A DNA stretch of 64,000 bases, taken from contig OZ037834.1 in the NCBI GenBank assembly GCA_964035575.1, forward strand, positions 62,001-126,000. Reading direction: 5' to 3'. Made by a program: the position numbers and the translations under genes. Under the pieces are notes generated by a model. It was not told the origin of the DNA, did no database searches, and saw only the letters and a program-made list of their open reading frames with translations. Shown here one piece after another: positions 49,807-60,630 of this stretch (its first letter is position 1; each line of letters opens with the position of its first letter). The DNA comes from Rhynchopus sp. YZ270_cl-10 (taxonomy: Eukaryota).

Positions 49807-51006
49807 TAGGGGGTCCGACTGTGAGTAAAATTACCGTACAAAAAACTCATTATTAAACTTCTGGTCATCTCCAAGGCAACTGCGGGTGAAAAACACCCTC
49901 AGCGTGGGTCACAGGGGTCCTGTGGGCCGAAAAACGACCCAGAAGCCACCCCAGAATACAAAAAAATGGAAAAAAATAGTGAAAAAACGGCTTTTTGACG
50001 GTTTTGGCCATGTTGGGCAAAATAGCGTTTTTTCAAGAAAAAACCAAAAAAACGGTTATTTTTTGACATCACAAAACCTCCTTTGGCACAAATATACCCC
50101 AAAAGTGGCCTGTGAGTCCATTCCAACCTGTTTTGGACATATTTGACACTTTTGGAAGTGTTTTTTTGGTGTTTTTACGTCAAAAAACATACCCTGGCAA
50201 TACCCTGACCGCGCTCCGGCAGCATTCCAGCATGCTGTTTGACCCATATAGGGGTCAAGAAATGGCCAAAAACCCCCGAAAAAGCACTCCAGGAACCCAG
50301 ATAGTTCCAAATATCCACCAGACACCCACCCAAACACCGCAGAAACACGACAGAAAGTCGTCTTGAAAAACACACTTTTTTCAAAAAGGCTATTATGGAG
50401 CCTGTCTGACGAGCTTTTTGAAAAAAGTGTGTTTTTCAAGACGACTTTCTGTCGTGTTTCTGCGGTGTTTGGGTGGGTGTCTGGTGGATATTTGGAACTA
50501 TCTGGGTTCCCGGAGTGCTTTTTCGGGGGTTTTTGGCCATTTCTTGACCCCTATATGGGTCAAACAGCATGCTGGAATGCTGCCGGAGCGCGGTCAGGGT
50601 ATTGCCAGGGTATGTTTTTTGACGTAAAAACACCAAAAAAACACTTCCAAAAGTGTCAAATATGTCCAAAACAGGTTGGAATGGACTCACAGGCCACTTT
50701 TGGGGTATATTTGTGCCAAAGGAGGTTTTGTGATGTCAAAAAATAACCGTTTTTTTGGTTTTTTCTTGAAAAAACGCTATTTTGCCCAACATGGCCAAAA
50801 CCGTCAAAAAGCCGTTTTTTCACTATTTTTTTCCATTTTTTTGTATTCTGGGGTGGCTTCTGGGTCGTTTTTCGGCCCACAGGCCCCCTGTGACCCACTC
50901 TGAGGGTGTTTTTCACCCGCAGTTGCCTTGGAGATGACCAGAAGTTTAATAATGAGTTTTTTGTACGAAAATTTATACACAAGTCTATTAGGAGTCGGAC
51001 CCCCTA
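49807..51006. mobile_element. Fold-back element B, 1.2 kb, with near-perfect arms
   Basis: Ends TAGGGGGTCCGACT / AGTCGGACCCCCTA; arms ~49835-50388 and 50414-50967; ~25-nt spacer; poly-C on both flanks. Confidence 0.92.
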
Positions 51007-51056
51007 CCCCCCCCCCCCCCCCCCTGAAAGGTAACCTCAGCAACTATTTGGATATT

Positions 51057-51168
51057 ATCAAATATGTACTAGGACGTTCTGTTCGATTTTTGTTTTAATG
51101 AATCCAGAGTAAAGTTTCTGAATTCATTAAAACAAAAATCGAGCAAAAAGACCGAGTACATATTTGAT
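51057..51168. mobile_element. Short palindromic MITE-like element
   Basis: ATCAAATATGTACT...TCGATTTTTGTTTTAATGAAT / ATTCATTAAAACAAAAATCGA...AGTACATATTTGAT. Confidence 0.7.
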
Positions 51169-51639
51169 GGATCACCCCCGAGAGGTAAATAAGTTACCGG
51201 TAACCCGAATTACCGGTAATTCCTTAAGGATTCCTTAAGAAACACGGAAAAAAGCGAAAAAAACATCAAAAGAGGGGGCACTTTAATTTATCATTTGTAA
51301 ACCCTTCCCACTTTACGCGTTGTTCATTTTTGTCTTTTTTATTCTCAAAAAAATCGGTTCATCCAATCGTGCCGGTTGCCGAGAGGCAGGCCAGGGTCCT
51401 CCTCTCAGGCCCTAAAATTGTGCTTCAGTTTCGGCAGCATCCATGTTGAAGTTGAAGGGCTTTAAAAAATATTTTTTTTGGGGTGCTTCTACTCACTCTG
51501 AGTGGGTGTGTGATGGATATTCGGGACTATGTGGGGTCCGGGAGGGGTATTTTGGGGGTTTCAGGCAAAAAAACGAAAAAAATATGACCGTAACAGGGGG
51601 TGTGCAAAGTGTCTTGGGGATGTCTTGGGGACGTCTTGG

Positions 51640-51972
51640 GCATTTTTTTGACCTAAAAACACCAAAAAAACACTTCCAAAAGTGTCAAATATGTCCAAAA
51701 CAGGTTGGAATGGACTCACAGGCCACTTTTGGGGTATATTTGTGCCAAAGGAGGCTTTGTGATGTCAAAAAATATCCCGGTTTTTGATTTTTTTCTCGAA
51801 AAATTGCTATTTTGCCCAAAGTGGCCAAAACGTGAAAAAAGCCGTTTTTTCACTATTTTTTTCCATTTTTTTGTATTCTGGGGTGGCTTCTGGGTCGTTT
51901 TTCGACCCACAGGCCCCCTGTGACCCACTCTGAGGGTGTTTTTCACCCGCAGTTGCCTTGGAGATGACCAGA
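51640..51972. repeat. Solo partial arm of the fold-back family
   Basis: Closely matches ~50615-50942. Confidence 0.85.
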
Positions 51973-52003
51973 TAATGCCAAATGAATTTTCCGTGCGCAA
52001 AAA

Positions 52004-52670
52004 ATGCTAGGCAATGAGGCAGCCGACAAGCTCGCTAGCCGTGCGAACGGCAGCCCTGCGAACCACGAGCGGATCAGCCTTGCGAGCATCCGCGCGTGCG
52101 TGAAGCGACGTGCCCTCAGCCGTGAGCCCACACCGGCTGAGAACAGCATCTACTCCTACAAGAGTGGATCCACCACCGCCCTGTACCGACCTGCGCTGCG
52201 TACACCGCACCTCACGCGGCTGGGTGCGACGACCATCCGCAACCTCCGAGTGGAACGCCACCCACTCGTCTACAACAAGCTGCACCCGGACAGGACGGCG
52301 TACTGCCCACGTTGCTCCGAAGAGGCTTCGCTCCGCCACATCTTCTCCCGGTGCAGCAACCCCGCAACCCCACGCTCCAGCCTCCCTACAACGAACCTGG
52401 GGCAGCTGATGCAGCGCCATGAGGCAGACGTGCTCCGCTTCCTTTGCGAGGCTGGATATCTGGACGATGAAATTGAATCACTCATGCGCCATTGAGTCAC
52501 TGATGTGACACCGGCGTGATGACTTTTTAAACCTACCTTATCAAAATAAGAGACAATTTAAAAAAAAAAAAAAAAAAACAACAAAAAAAAAAAAAAAACA
52601 GAAACAGAAACAGAAACAGAAACAAAAACAAAAAACAAAAACAAAAAAAAAAAAAAACAAAAAAAAAACC
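52004..52670 (+). mobile_element. 5'-truncated non-LTR retrotransposon (Ingi/I-group-like) 3' end with poly(A) tail
   Basis: RNase H C-terminal motif GNEAADKLA; CCHC knuckle CPRC...LRHIFSRC; stop at 52495; A-rich tail from ~52560. Confidence 0.85.
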
Positions 52671-54221
52671 CAAATTTTTTAGCTTTTTTCTTTGAGGGCA
52701 TGTCCCCTTTTGTCGTCAGCCCAGAGTCAGTAGGCTCTGCCACACCTTGGGGAGAGGTGTGCGGACTGTGTCTCCAAGAGGAAAAGGGAAGCTGTCCCCC
52801 CTGCCCCGTCGCAGTGTGGAACCCCGCTAAGTAGCACAACAACAAAACTAAGCAAGAGGCAGTACCAGTGGCGCGGCTACCAATAACTACCGCGTAGTCA
52901 GCGTCACACCTACCATGGTAGGTTACAGTGAAAAAAAAAAAAAAAAAAAAAAAATGGCTGCACGGCGGCAGGGTAGATCCTTAGCGAAAGTGAAAATAAG
53001 GATCCGAGATTTTTTATTTTTTTTTCCTTTTTTTTTTTCCTTTTTTCTCTGGCCCATTTTTTTGGTCACCTACTAATTTCCAGCCACAGAGTGGCACCAC
53101 CACGGTCCGCAATCGATCCGGAAAGTCAAAATAAGGGGGAAACCAAAAGGAAAAAAAGTAAAAGTTCGCTACCGTTTTTTTGGCTGGCCTTCGGCCCGCC
53201 AATGCCCCTTCAATATTTGTCTTCACTTCATAAGACAAGTACCAATGAGTGTCAATTCTCAGTGTCACCTTGCATAAGACAATTTTGAAGCGTATTTTTG
53301 AAGAACACAATTACGATGTCCACAAACCCGCAAAGCGGACGGATAAAGACTTCAACCGGACCAAGGCAGAAACACAACACTGTTAGGCCAAAATCGTCGA
53401 AAATCCCCGCTTAATTTTTTGTGGGATTTTGAACTTGGCCCAAAAATTGCGAACCTAACCACTGGAAAATTTTCTTGCTAATGCCGGCACTACCACTTTT
53501 TTCAGAATGTTTCTAGAAAGGATTACCCTTGTCAGAGGGCGCAGTGTCCGACAAGGGTCACAGCCAGAACGCGATTTAATTGGTCAAACGCCGAAGGAAA
53601 AGGAAGCATGCAGTATGGCGAGAGAAAAAAGTGGCGTACCGTGCGCCTTCGGCGCAAGCTTGCAACCCACCCTTCCCATGACATAGTTTGGCAGTAAAAA
53701 TGTGCAATTTTGAGCGCAGTTTTTAGAAATGTTGCGTACCGTGGCTTCGCCATGGCAAATGTACTGAGGTTACTGATACTGCGTGTGCCTGGTGCAAATA
53801 TCAATGCAGTGCCGAACTCCGCAGTTGGATAACCGAGGAGTTCTCACATTCCGCCGGAGTCCCCGAACGAGCTGGGTTGGGCTCGACCGAGTTTTGACCG
53901 AGTTTCAGCGAAAACCCCCAAAACCTATATTATCCCCTGGGGTTTAGTTCTACGACAGCTGAGATGTGTAAAAAAACACCACTATTCTGCCTCAGTACAG
54001 TACCAACCTGCTTGTTGGTTTTTTTTAGACCGTCACTCAATTTTTGCGCTCGCTGCGCTCGCGGACAAACCGTCAACCCCACACGATTTCCCAAAAACCT
54101 GAAAGTTAGCGTCAGGCCTGCGCGGAAAAATCTCAAAAACGGGAGAGAAAAAAAAAAGGAAAAAAACGAAAATAAATCTGGTATTTTTAGCGTTTTTAGC
54201 GAAAATAAGGATCTACCCTGG

Positions 54222-57200
54222 CACGGCGGGGTCCACACACCCGAGGGTCCGTAAATTTTACGGACCCTCTTTACGGACCCTCAAGTGCGGACCCGGGTCC
54301 GTAATTACGTACCCTAGGGTCCGTAATTACGTACCCTAGGGTCCGTAACTACGGACCCTAGGGTACGTAATTACGTGGTCTAAGGTGGGAAATCACTGTT
54401 TGGATGTGTGACTGCTGGTCGAAAAGCCCTGGGAGCAAACCGAGTGGTACACAGGTACCACATGATAGACCATGATCATGTGGGCCTATCCCAAGTTACA
54501 TACCGAAAAAAGTCGTGAGCTCGGTTAGTTGTCAAAGACGTCTTCCACCATGCACTGAGGAGATAATGATCCAACAATTTACAAGAAAGATTACTTAACC
54601 TACTGCTGGAAATTGCCAGGTCGTAGTAACACACAAAGTGTGCCTCCGTTCGGGAAGACCGGATATTCTAGAGACCAAAAAGGCCTCAAGAATATCTTCC
54701 GGTAGTCAAGGTAGAACCGAGTGAACGGCCCAAGACCCCCGTGGAGAAGTTAAATGTTGTAATGCTATCAAGTAGAAACTGCGAACACTGTCTTACCCTC
54801 CTCAATACATGGTGGAATATTTCTTTGACAACAAACCGAGCTCAAGAGTTTTTAAACTTCCCTGAGGGAATGCGAGACGCAAAATTTACCACCAGACCCT
54901 GTCTTCGTGCACCTTCGGTGCAACGCTGCAGACAGGCCAAACTGCGTTGGACTCAGAGGAATGCCTGCTGTGCAGTGTATCAATGAGAACCAAGTCCCAG
55001 CAACAAGGGGCGCCTTTTGGCGGGCGTTGTTGAGGGTGTTTGGGGTGCAAAGTTTTCCACAATTTTGATGCGCGGGTACAGAAGTGTTGTCTTGTTCTTT
55101 CATCTTTAGGAATGTAAATGTCAATCGCGTTTAACTACCACTAGGGCTTGTTCAGTGAACCCACGAGGGGTCGAAGGGGGTTGGTTATCCCATAGCTATC
55201 AAAGGTTGTGTCGACCAGGCTAATCCACTATGTTACGCTGTACGTTGTTAAATCCGAAGAAATAACACTTTAGCAGCCGCAGGAAGTTTGTTAAAAAGAG
55301 TGCCTCACGCTACACAAACCACCACCCGCGATTGACTTAGATGTTGTAACAAAGAGAATTCAGAACAAAACAACACCCTGCCCCATACACACTAAATTGT
55401 CATGCTTCAAGAGCATGCCTGGGCCAAAATTACTGTTGACCAAAAAGGCAACAAGACCACCCACAAGGAGTGTGAATTGTGCACTGGTTTTCTGGGGGAA
55501 CGCAATATTTTCTTGTGTCTAGTCCTCCGCAAGCAGAGGACAGACTTTCCGGAAGGTTTCCAAAGTCGAATTTCTTGCACTAGCTATGCTCCCTTGGTTA
55601 ATGGCTATAGCAGTGACTGACTAAGTGTACCCACCCCCCTCCACCCAGATCTTCGTCCGCAAACTCAGAATAGATTGATGCGGGTAGATTTTGAGTTGTT
55701 GAATGTCGGACCGCGGTGAAGCTTCTCATCGCAATCGCGGGTGCAGTTCAGACTTCACGATCCTGTATAAGTGTAAATGTGGGGTGTGATTAAGTTATGG
55801 TATACAAACGTAGTAGTCGGGAAAGGTGAGGTTAATAAAAAAGGCTATTTATTGCCGTGAAATAAGATAGATTTTTTCCACGCTACAGGTCGAGAGAGTG
55901 ACCTGCTGCACAAATGGTTCGAGTGAAGCGAGGTGAATTATGTGAAGCAGGTAACGAGCGCCTGTGGAACCAAATAGAAACGTAACACTCATCACACGAT
56001 AAAACCCATGGGAGAGGTTGTGGTGAAACGCACACACCTCGACCTGAGGAGTGGCTCTGCAGCGCGGTTCGTCCCCAGAACCGCAAGTGTGTTCAAAATG
56101 CTTTGTTTCTATTTCCTCCTTCATGTCATGAGGTGACACAAAATGATTGGTGCGTAAAAAAATAGCTATTTAATAGTGTGAACATTACGCGTTTATTTCG
56201 AGTTGAAAACACGAACAAGTTGAAATATGCGGCATTTTTTTGTTCAATCTTCACTAGTAACTGAAAGTTAAACATAATTACATACCTTGTCTTCCCCGTA
56301 ACCTGCGCCTTCGCTGCTTTTAAGGTGCTTTCTCTGGGTGCCCAGTACCCAGTACCCAGTACCCAGTACCCAGTACCCAGTACCCAGTACCCAGTACCCA
56401 GTACCCAGTACCCAGTACCCAGTACCCAGTACCCAGTACCCAGTACCCAGTACCCAGTACCCAGTACCCAGTACCCAGTACCCAGTACCCAGTACCCAGT
56501 ACCCAGTACCCAGTACCCAGTACCCAGTACCCAGTACCCAGTACCCAGTACCCAGTACCCAGTACCCAGTACCCAGTACCCAGTACCCAGTACCCAGTAC
56601 CCAGTACCCAGTACCCAGTACCCAGTACCCAGTACCCAGTACCCAGTACCCAGTACCCAGTACCCAGTACCCAGTACCCAGTACCCAGTACCCAGTACCC
56701 AGTACCCAGTACCCAGTACCCAGTACCCAGTACCCAGTACCCAGTACCCAGTACCCAGTACCCAGTACCCAGTACCCAGTACCCAGTACCCAGTACCCAG
56801 TACCCAGTACCCAGTACCCAGTACCCAGTACCCAGTACCCAGTACCCAGTACCCAGTACCCAGTACCCAGTACCCAGTACCCAGTACCCAGTACCCAGTA
56901 CCCAGTACCCAGTACCCAGTACCCAGTACCCAGTACCCAGTACCCAGTACCCAGTACCCAGTACCCAGTACCCAGTACCCAGTACCCAGTACCCAGTACC
57001 CAGTACCCAGTACCCAGTACCCAGTACCCAGTACCCAGTACCCAGTACCCAGTACCCAGTACCCAGTACCCAGTACCCAGTACCCAGTACCCAGTACCCA
57101 GTACCCAGTACCCAGTACCCAGTACCCAGTACCCAGTACCCAGTACCCAGTACCCAGTACCCAGTACCCAGTACCCAGTACCCAGTACCCAGTACCCAGT

Positions 57201-58428
57201 ACCCAGTACCCAGTACCCAGTACCCAGTACCCAGTACCCAGTACCCAGTACCCAGTACCCAGTACCCAGTACCCAGTACCCAGTACCCAGTACCCAGTAC
57301 CCAGTACCCAGTACCCAGTACCCAGTACCCAGTACCCAGTACCCAGTACCCAGTACCCAGTACCCAGTACCCAGTACCCAGTACCCAGTACCCAGTACCC
57401 AGTACCCAGTACCCAGTACCCAGTACCCAGTACCCAGTACCCAGTACCCAGTACCCAGTACCCAGTACCCAGTACCCAGTACCCAGTACCCAGTACCCAG
57501 TACCCAGTACCCAGTACCCAGTACCCAGTACCCAGTACCCAGTACCCAGTACCCAGTACCCAGTACCCAGTACCCAGTACCCAGTACCCAGTACCCAGTA
57601 CCCAGTACCCAGTACCCAGTACCCAGTACCCAGTACCCAGTACCCAGTACCCAGTACCCAGTACCCAGTACCCAGTACCCAGTACCCAGTACCCAGTACC
57701 CAGTACCCAGTACCCAGTACCCAGTACCCAGTACCCAGTACCCAGTACCCAGTACCCAGTACCCAGTACCCAGTACCCAGTACCCAGTACCCAGTACCCA
57801 GTACCCAGTACCCAGTACCCAGTACCCAGTACCCAGTACCCAGTACCCAGTACCCAGTACCCAGTACCCAGTACCCAGTACCCAGTACCCAGTACCCAGT
57901 ACCCAGTACCCAGTACCCAGTACCCAGTACCCAGTACCCAGTACCCAGTACCCAGTACCCAGTACCCAGTACCCAGTACCCAGTACCCAGTACCCAGTAC
58001 CCAGTACCCAGTACCCAGTACCCAGTACCCAGATTTGCATTTCATTGAGGACACATAGGCCCACCAAGGGCAATTTTGTGATGTCAAAAAAAATTTTTTT
58101 TCGGCCCAAAAATTGACTTGTTTTCGGTAAAACCCACTAAAAATTGTGGTACTCTAAACTGCGTTTTAGACCCCCACAGATGCTCAAAAGTGCCAAATTT
58201 TGCTTTTAATGGCCTCAAATCGTCGAAATTAGCCCTAAACGGGGGCAAAAAAAATTTTTCGAGAGTCCCTTTCCCTGGGAGGCTCCGTAATTACGTACCC
58301 TAGGGTCCGTAATTACGGACCCTAGGGTACGTAATTACGTACCCTAGGGTACGTAATGACACTCCGTAAAGAGGGAGTGTCCTAACATGCCGTTTTACGG
58401 ACCCTCGGGGTGTGCGGACCCCGCCGTG
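54222..58428. mobile_element. 4.2-kb CMC-type (CACTA/Chapaev-like) element with 3-bp TSD; no intact ORF
   Basis: CACGGCGGGGTCC.CACACCC.GAGGGTCCGTAAA TIRs; TGG at 54219-54221 and 58429-58431; palindromic GGGTCCGTAATTACGTACCCTA subterminal repeats at both ends. Confidence 0.88.
56341..58032. repeat. Satellite (CCCAGTA)n, about 240 units
   Basis: Homogeneous 7-mer array inside the 54222-58428 element. Confidence 0.98.
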
Positions 58429-59140
58429 TGGAGTCGTACCCCCTAGGGGGGGGGGGGGGGGGGGGGGTTTATGGACTGAGCCATTTAGTTGTGTACACGT
58501 GGTAGCGTATGTTCCCCTTCAAAACCGCACCAAGGTGCAACAAAGTGAGCGTCAGATGAAGACTTTGACGACATACTCGAAGACGAACAACATCTGACCT
58601 GACATCTGTCAAAGACGTCAGTCTTCTGACTCCTCAGATCATCTACGCTGGGAAGACGTCAGCCAGAGTTCCCCATATAGTGCCACAACCAGACGTTCAG
58701 TACGCATACACGCCGTCACACTGGTTGTCTGAAGTGGTCTTGAAACGATTTTGGACCCCCACCTTTGCCGTTACGAGAGCAGATGCAACGCAACAATGCA
58801 CTGTTGCTCATTGCTTACCGTTCACACAGGGATGAAGCATCCAAACAAAAAAATTGTCTGACATGAATGTGATCGTTAGGGAAATCCAGGGGGCGGCGGA
58901 CATTCTTCAACCATTGGACAGAACAGGCTCGGTGAACGCACGCTTCAAGCTCAACATGAAAGCATGCACACGGAGATGGCTAGGGGCGCTGTCATCTAGC
59001 CCAGGTTCGAAAGGAGGGGAGTGGTCCCTAGTGGGTCTTCAACGTACCCACCAGCATGCACATTGTGAAGCCCTCCAGAGAAGAAGGATGTTTATGTATG
59101 TCTATGGGATATACCGTCGGCAAAGCGGAAAAAAAAACCG

Positions 59141-59343
59141 TGGTGTGGCTGAAAGGGGGGGGTGCGATAAAGTGCTGTAAAGTGCGATAAAGTGCGATAA
59201 AGTGCTGTAAAGTGCGATAAAGTGCGATAAAGTGCTATTTTCTGCTATTTTGGGGTCCGATAAAGTGCGATAAAGTGCTGTAAAGTGCGATAAAGTGCGA
59301 TAAAGTGCTATTTTCTGCTATTTTGGGGTCGTCAGCCACACCA
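59141..59343. mobile_element. TGGTGTGGC MITE (reverse orientation) with expanded AAAGTGCGAT repeats
   Basis: TGGTGTGGCTGA ... TCAGCCACACCA; shares TTTTCTGCTATTTTGGGG with the 34470 and 43661 copies; no exact TSD. Confidence 0.8.
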
Positions 59344-60630
59344 CTAACCCCTTTTTATTGTGGGGGTTTTTTTTTCTGCGCTGCGTGTCATTTGTGTGGA
59401 AAGATTGCTTGCCCTCATTTCAAAGCAGAAAGGTAGAGGTGGGGACCTTTTTTTCTTTTTGCAAATCTGATGGGAAGGGGGGGGAACGAAAATACCGTAT
59501 CCATTTTGTTTTGTTTTTTGTGGGATGATGACGAAAAAAAAGGGGGAGAAAAAATAAAACATTTGCAAAAAGGATGATGAGGGTGGGGGTGTTGGAAAAG
59601 GAGGGGGTGATACGGCAGAACCCAAATAAAAAAATTTAGATGAACCTAAGCCTCTCTGTGCTTAGTCACCTTAAAAGTTGTTGACCACGAAAACACCTGA
59701 AACGGCTAAAATACCAATGACATTGAAATTGGTTAGCCTCCGTTTGGATGTTTTACTTCTCATCTTTTTTTCTCAGATTGCTTATCAACAACATCCTGTA
59801 CAAAAAGAAAAAGAGGAAAAAAAAAAAAAAGACAGGACTGGTTCTGGACTCAGTGTCCTCCCTCCCCCTCAATTAGGGGGTTCCGATCCCCTCCCTCACC
59901 GCCCCCCTTTTTTCGTTACTGAATGATCGAATGGCTGCGTTTTTTTACCGCAAATTGATATAATTGATCGACAAAAGGATCCCCGCTTTCTTTTTTTTCA
60001 TTTTTTTTTCCATTTTGCTGTATTTTACTTATTTCGGGGGGAATAGGATAACCCACATAACCTCCTATAATTGACCACTGTTCCTGTCCAAAAAAACAAA
60101 AAAAACAAAAAAGTGATGACAAAGACCAGTTGATCAAAAATAGGAGGGAAGTAGCTATAGGTGGCACTCAAATGATAACTGTACAGCAAAACAAAACAAA
60201 AAGGGGAGGAAAACTAGAAATGTGTATTATCACATACACACAAATCTTTAAAAAAAACAAAAAGAAAAACACACAAAAACCCTGCTAAAGAGGAAGACAT
60301 CACTGGCCTGGAGCACATGACAGAAAAACAAAAAAAAATTGACTTGAAATACACATTCCCTTGGACAGTGCACCCATTTGGTACAAATTGACCGGTGCAC
60401 TGTGGTGGGTGGACCCTCCTCTTTCGATCGATTGACATCTGATATACGCTACTCACAAAGAAGAAAAAAACACTCCTTTAACACTCCTGCTACGCGCATT
60501 CGACATCTCTTTGTGGGGGGAAGGTATTCCACAGTGAGGAATACCCCTCAATGATGTTCATATACGCCACGCTCCCTCGACTCTCCCTCTCTTCCTCTCC
60601 AGCCCGCAGCCCCTGTCAGCTCTCCTGCCC

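Noticed and set aside
50056..50982. Mirror-image ORF pairs on both strands
   Set aside because: They are a consequence of the palindrome and have no protein-like features
56341..58032. Telomere
   Set aside because: The array is interstitial, enclosed by TIRs with a TSD, and not TTAGGG
56126..58116. 577-653-aa ORFs on both strands
   Set aside because: These arise from a stop-free 7-mer satellite that is open in several frames
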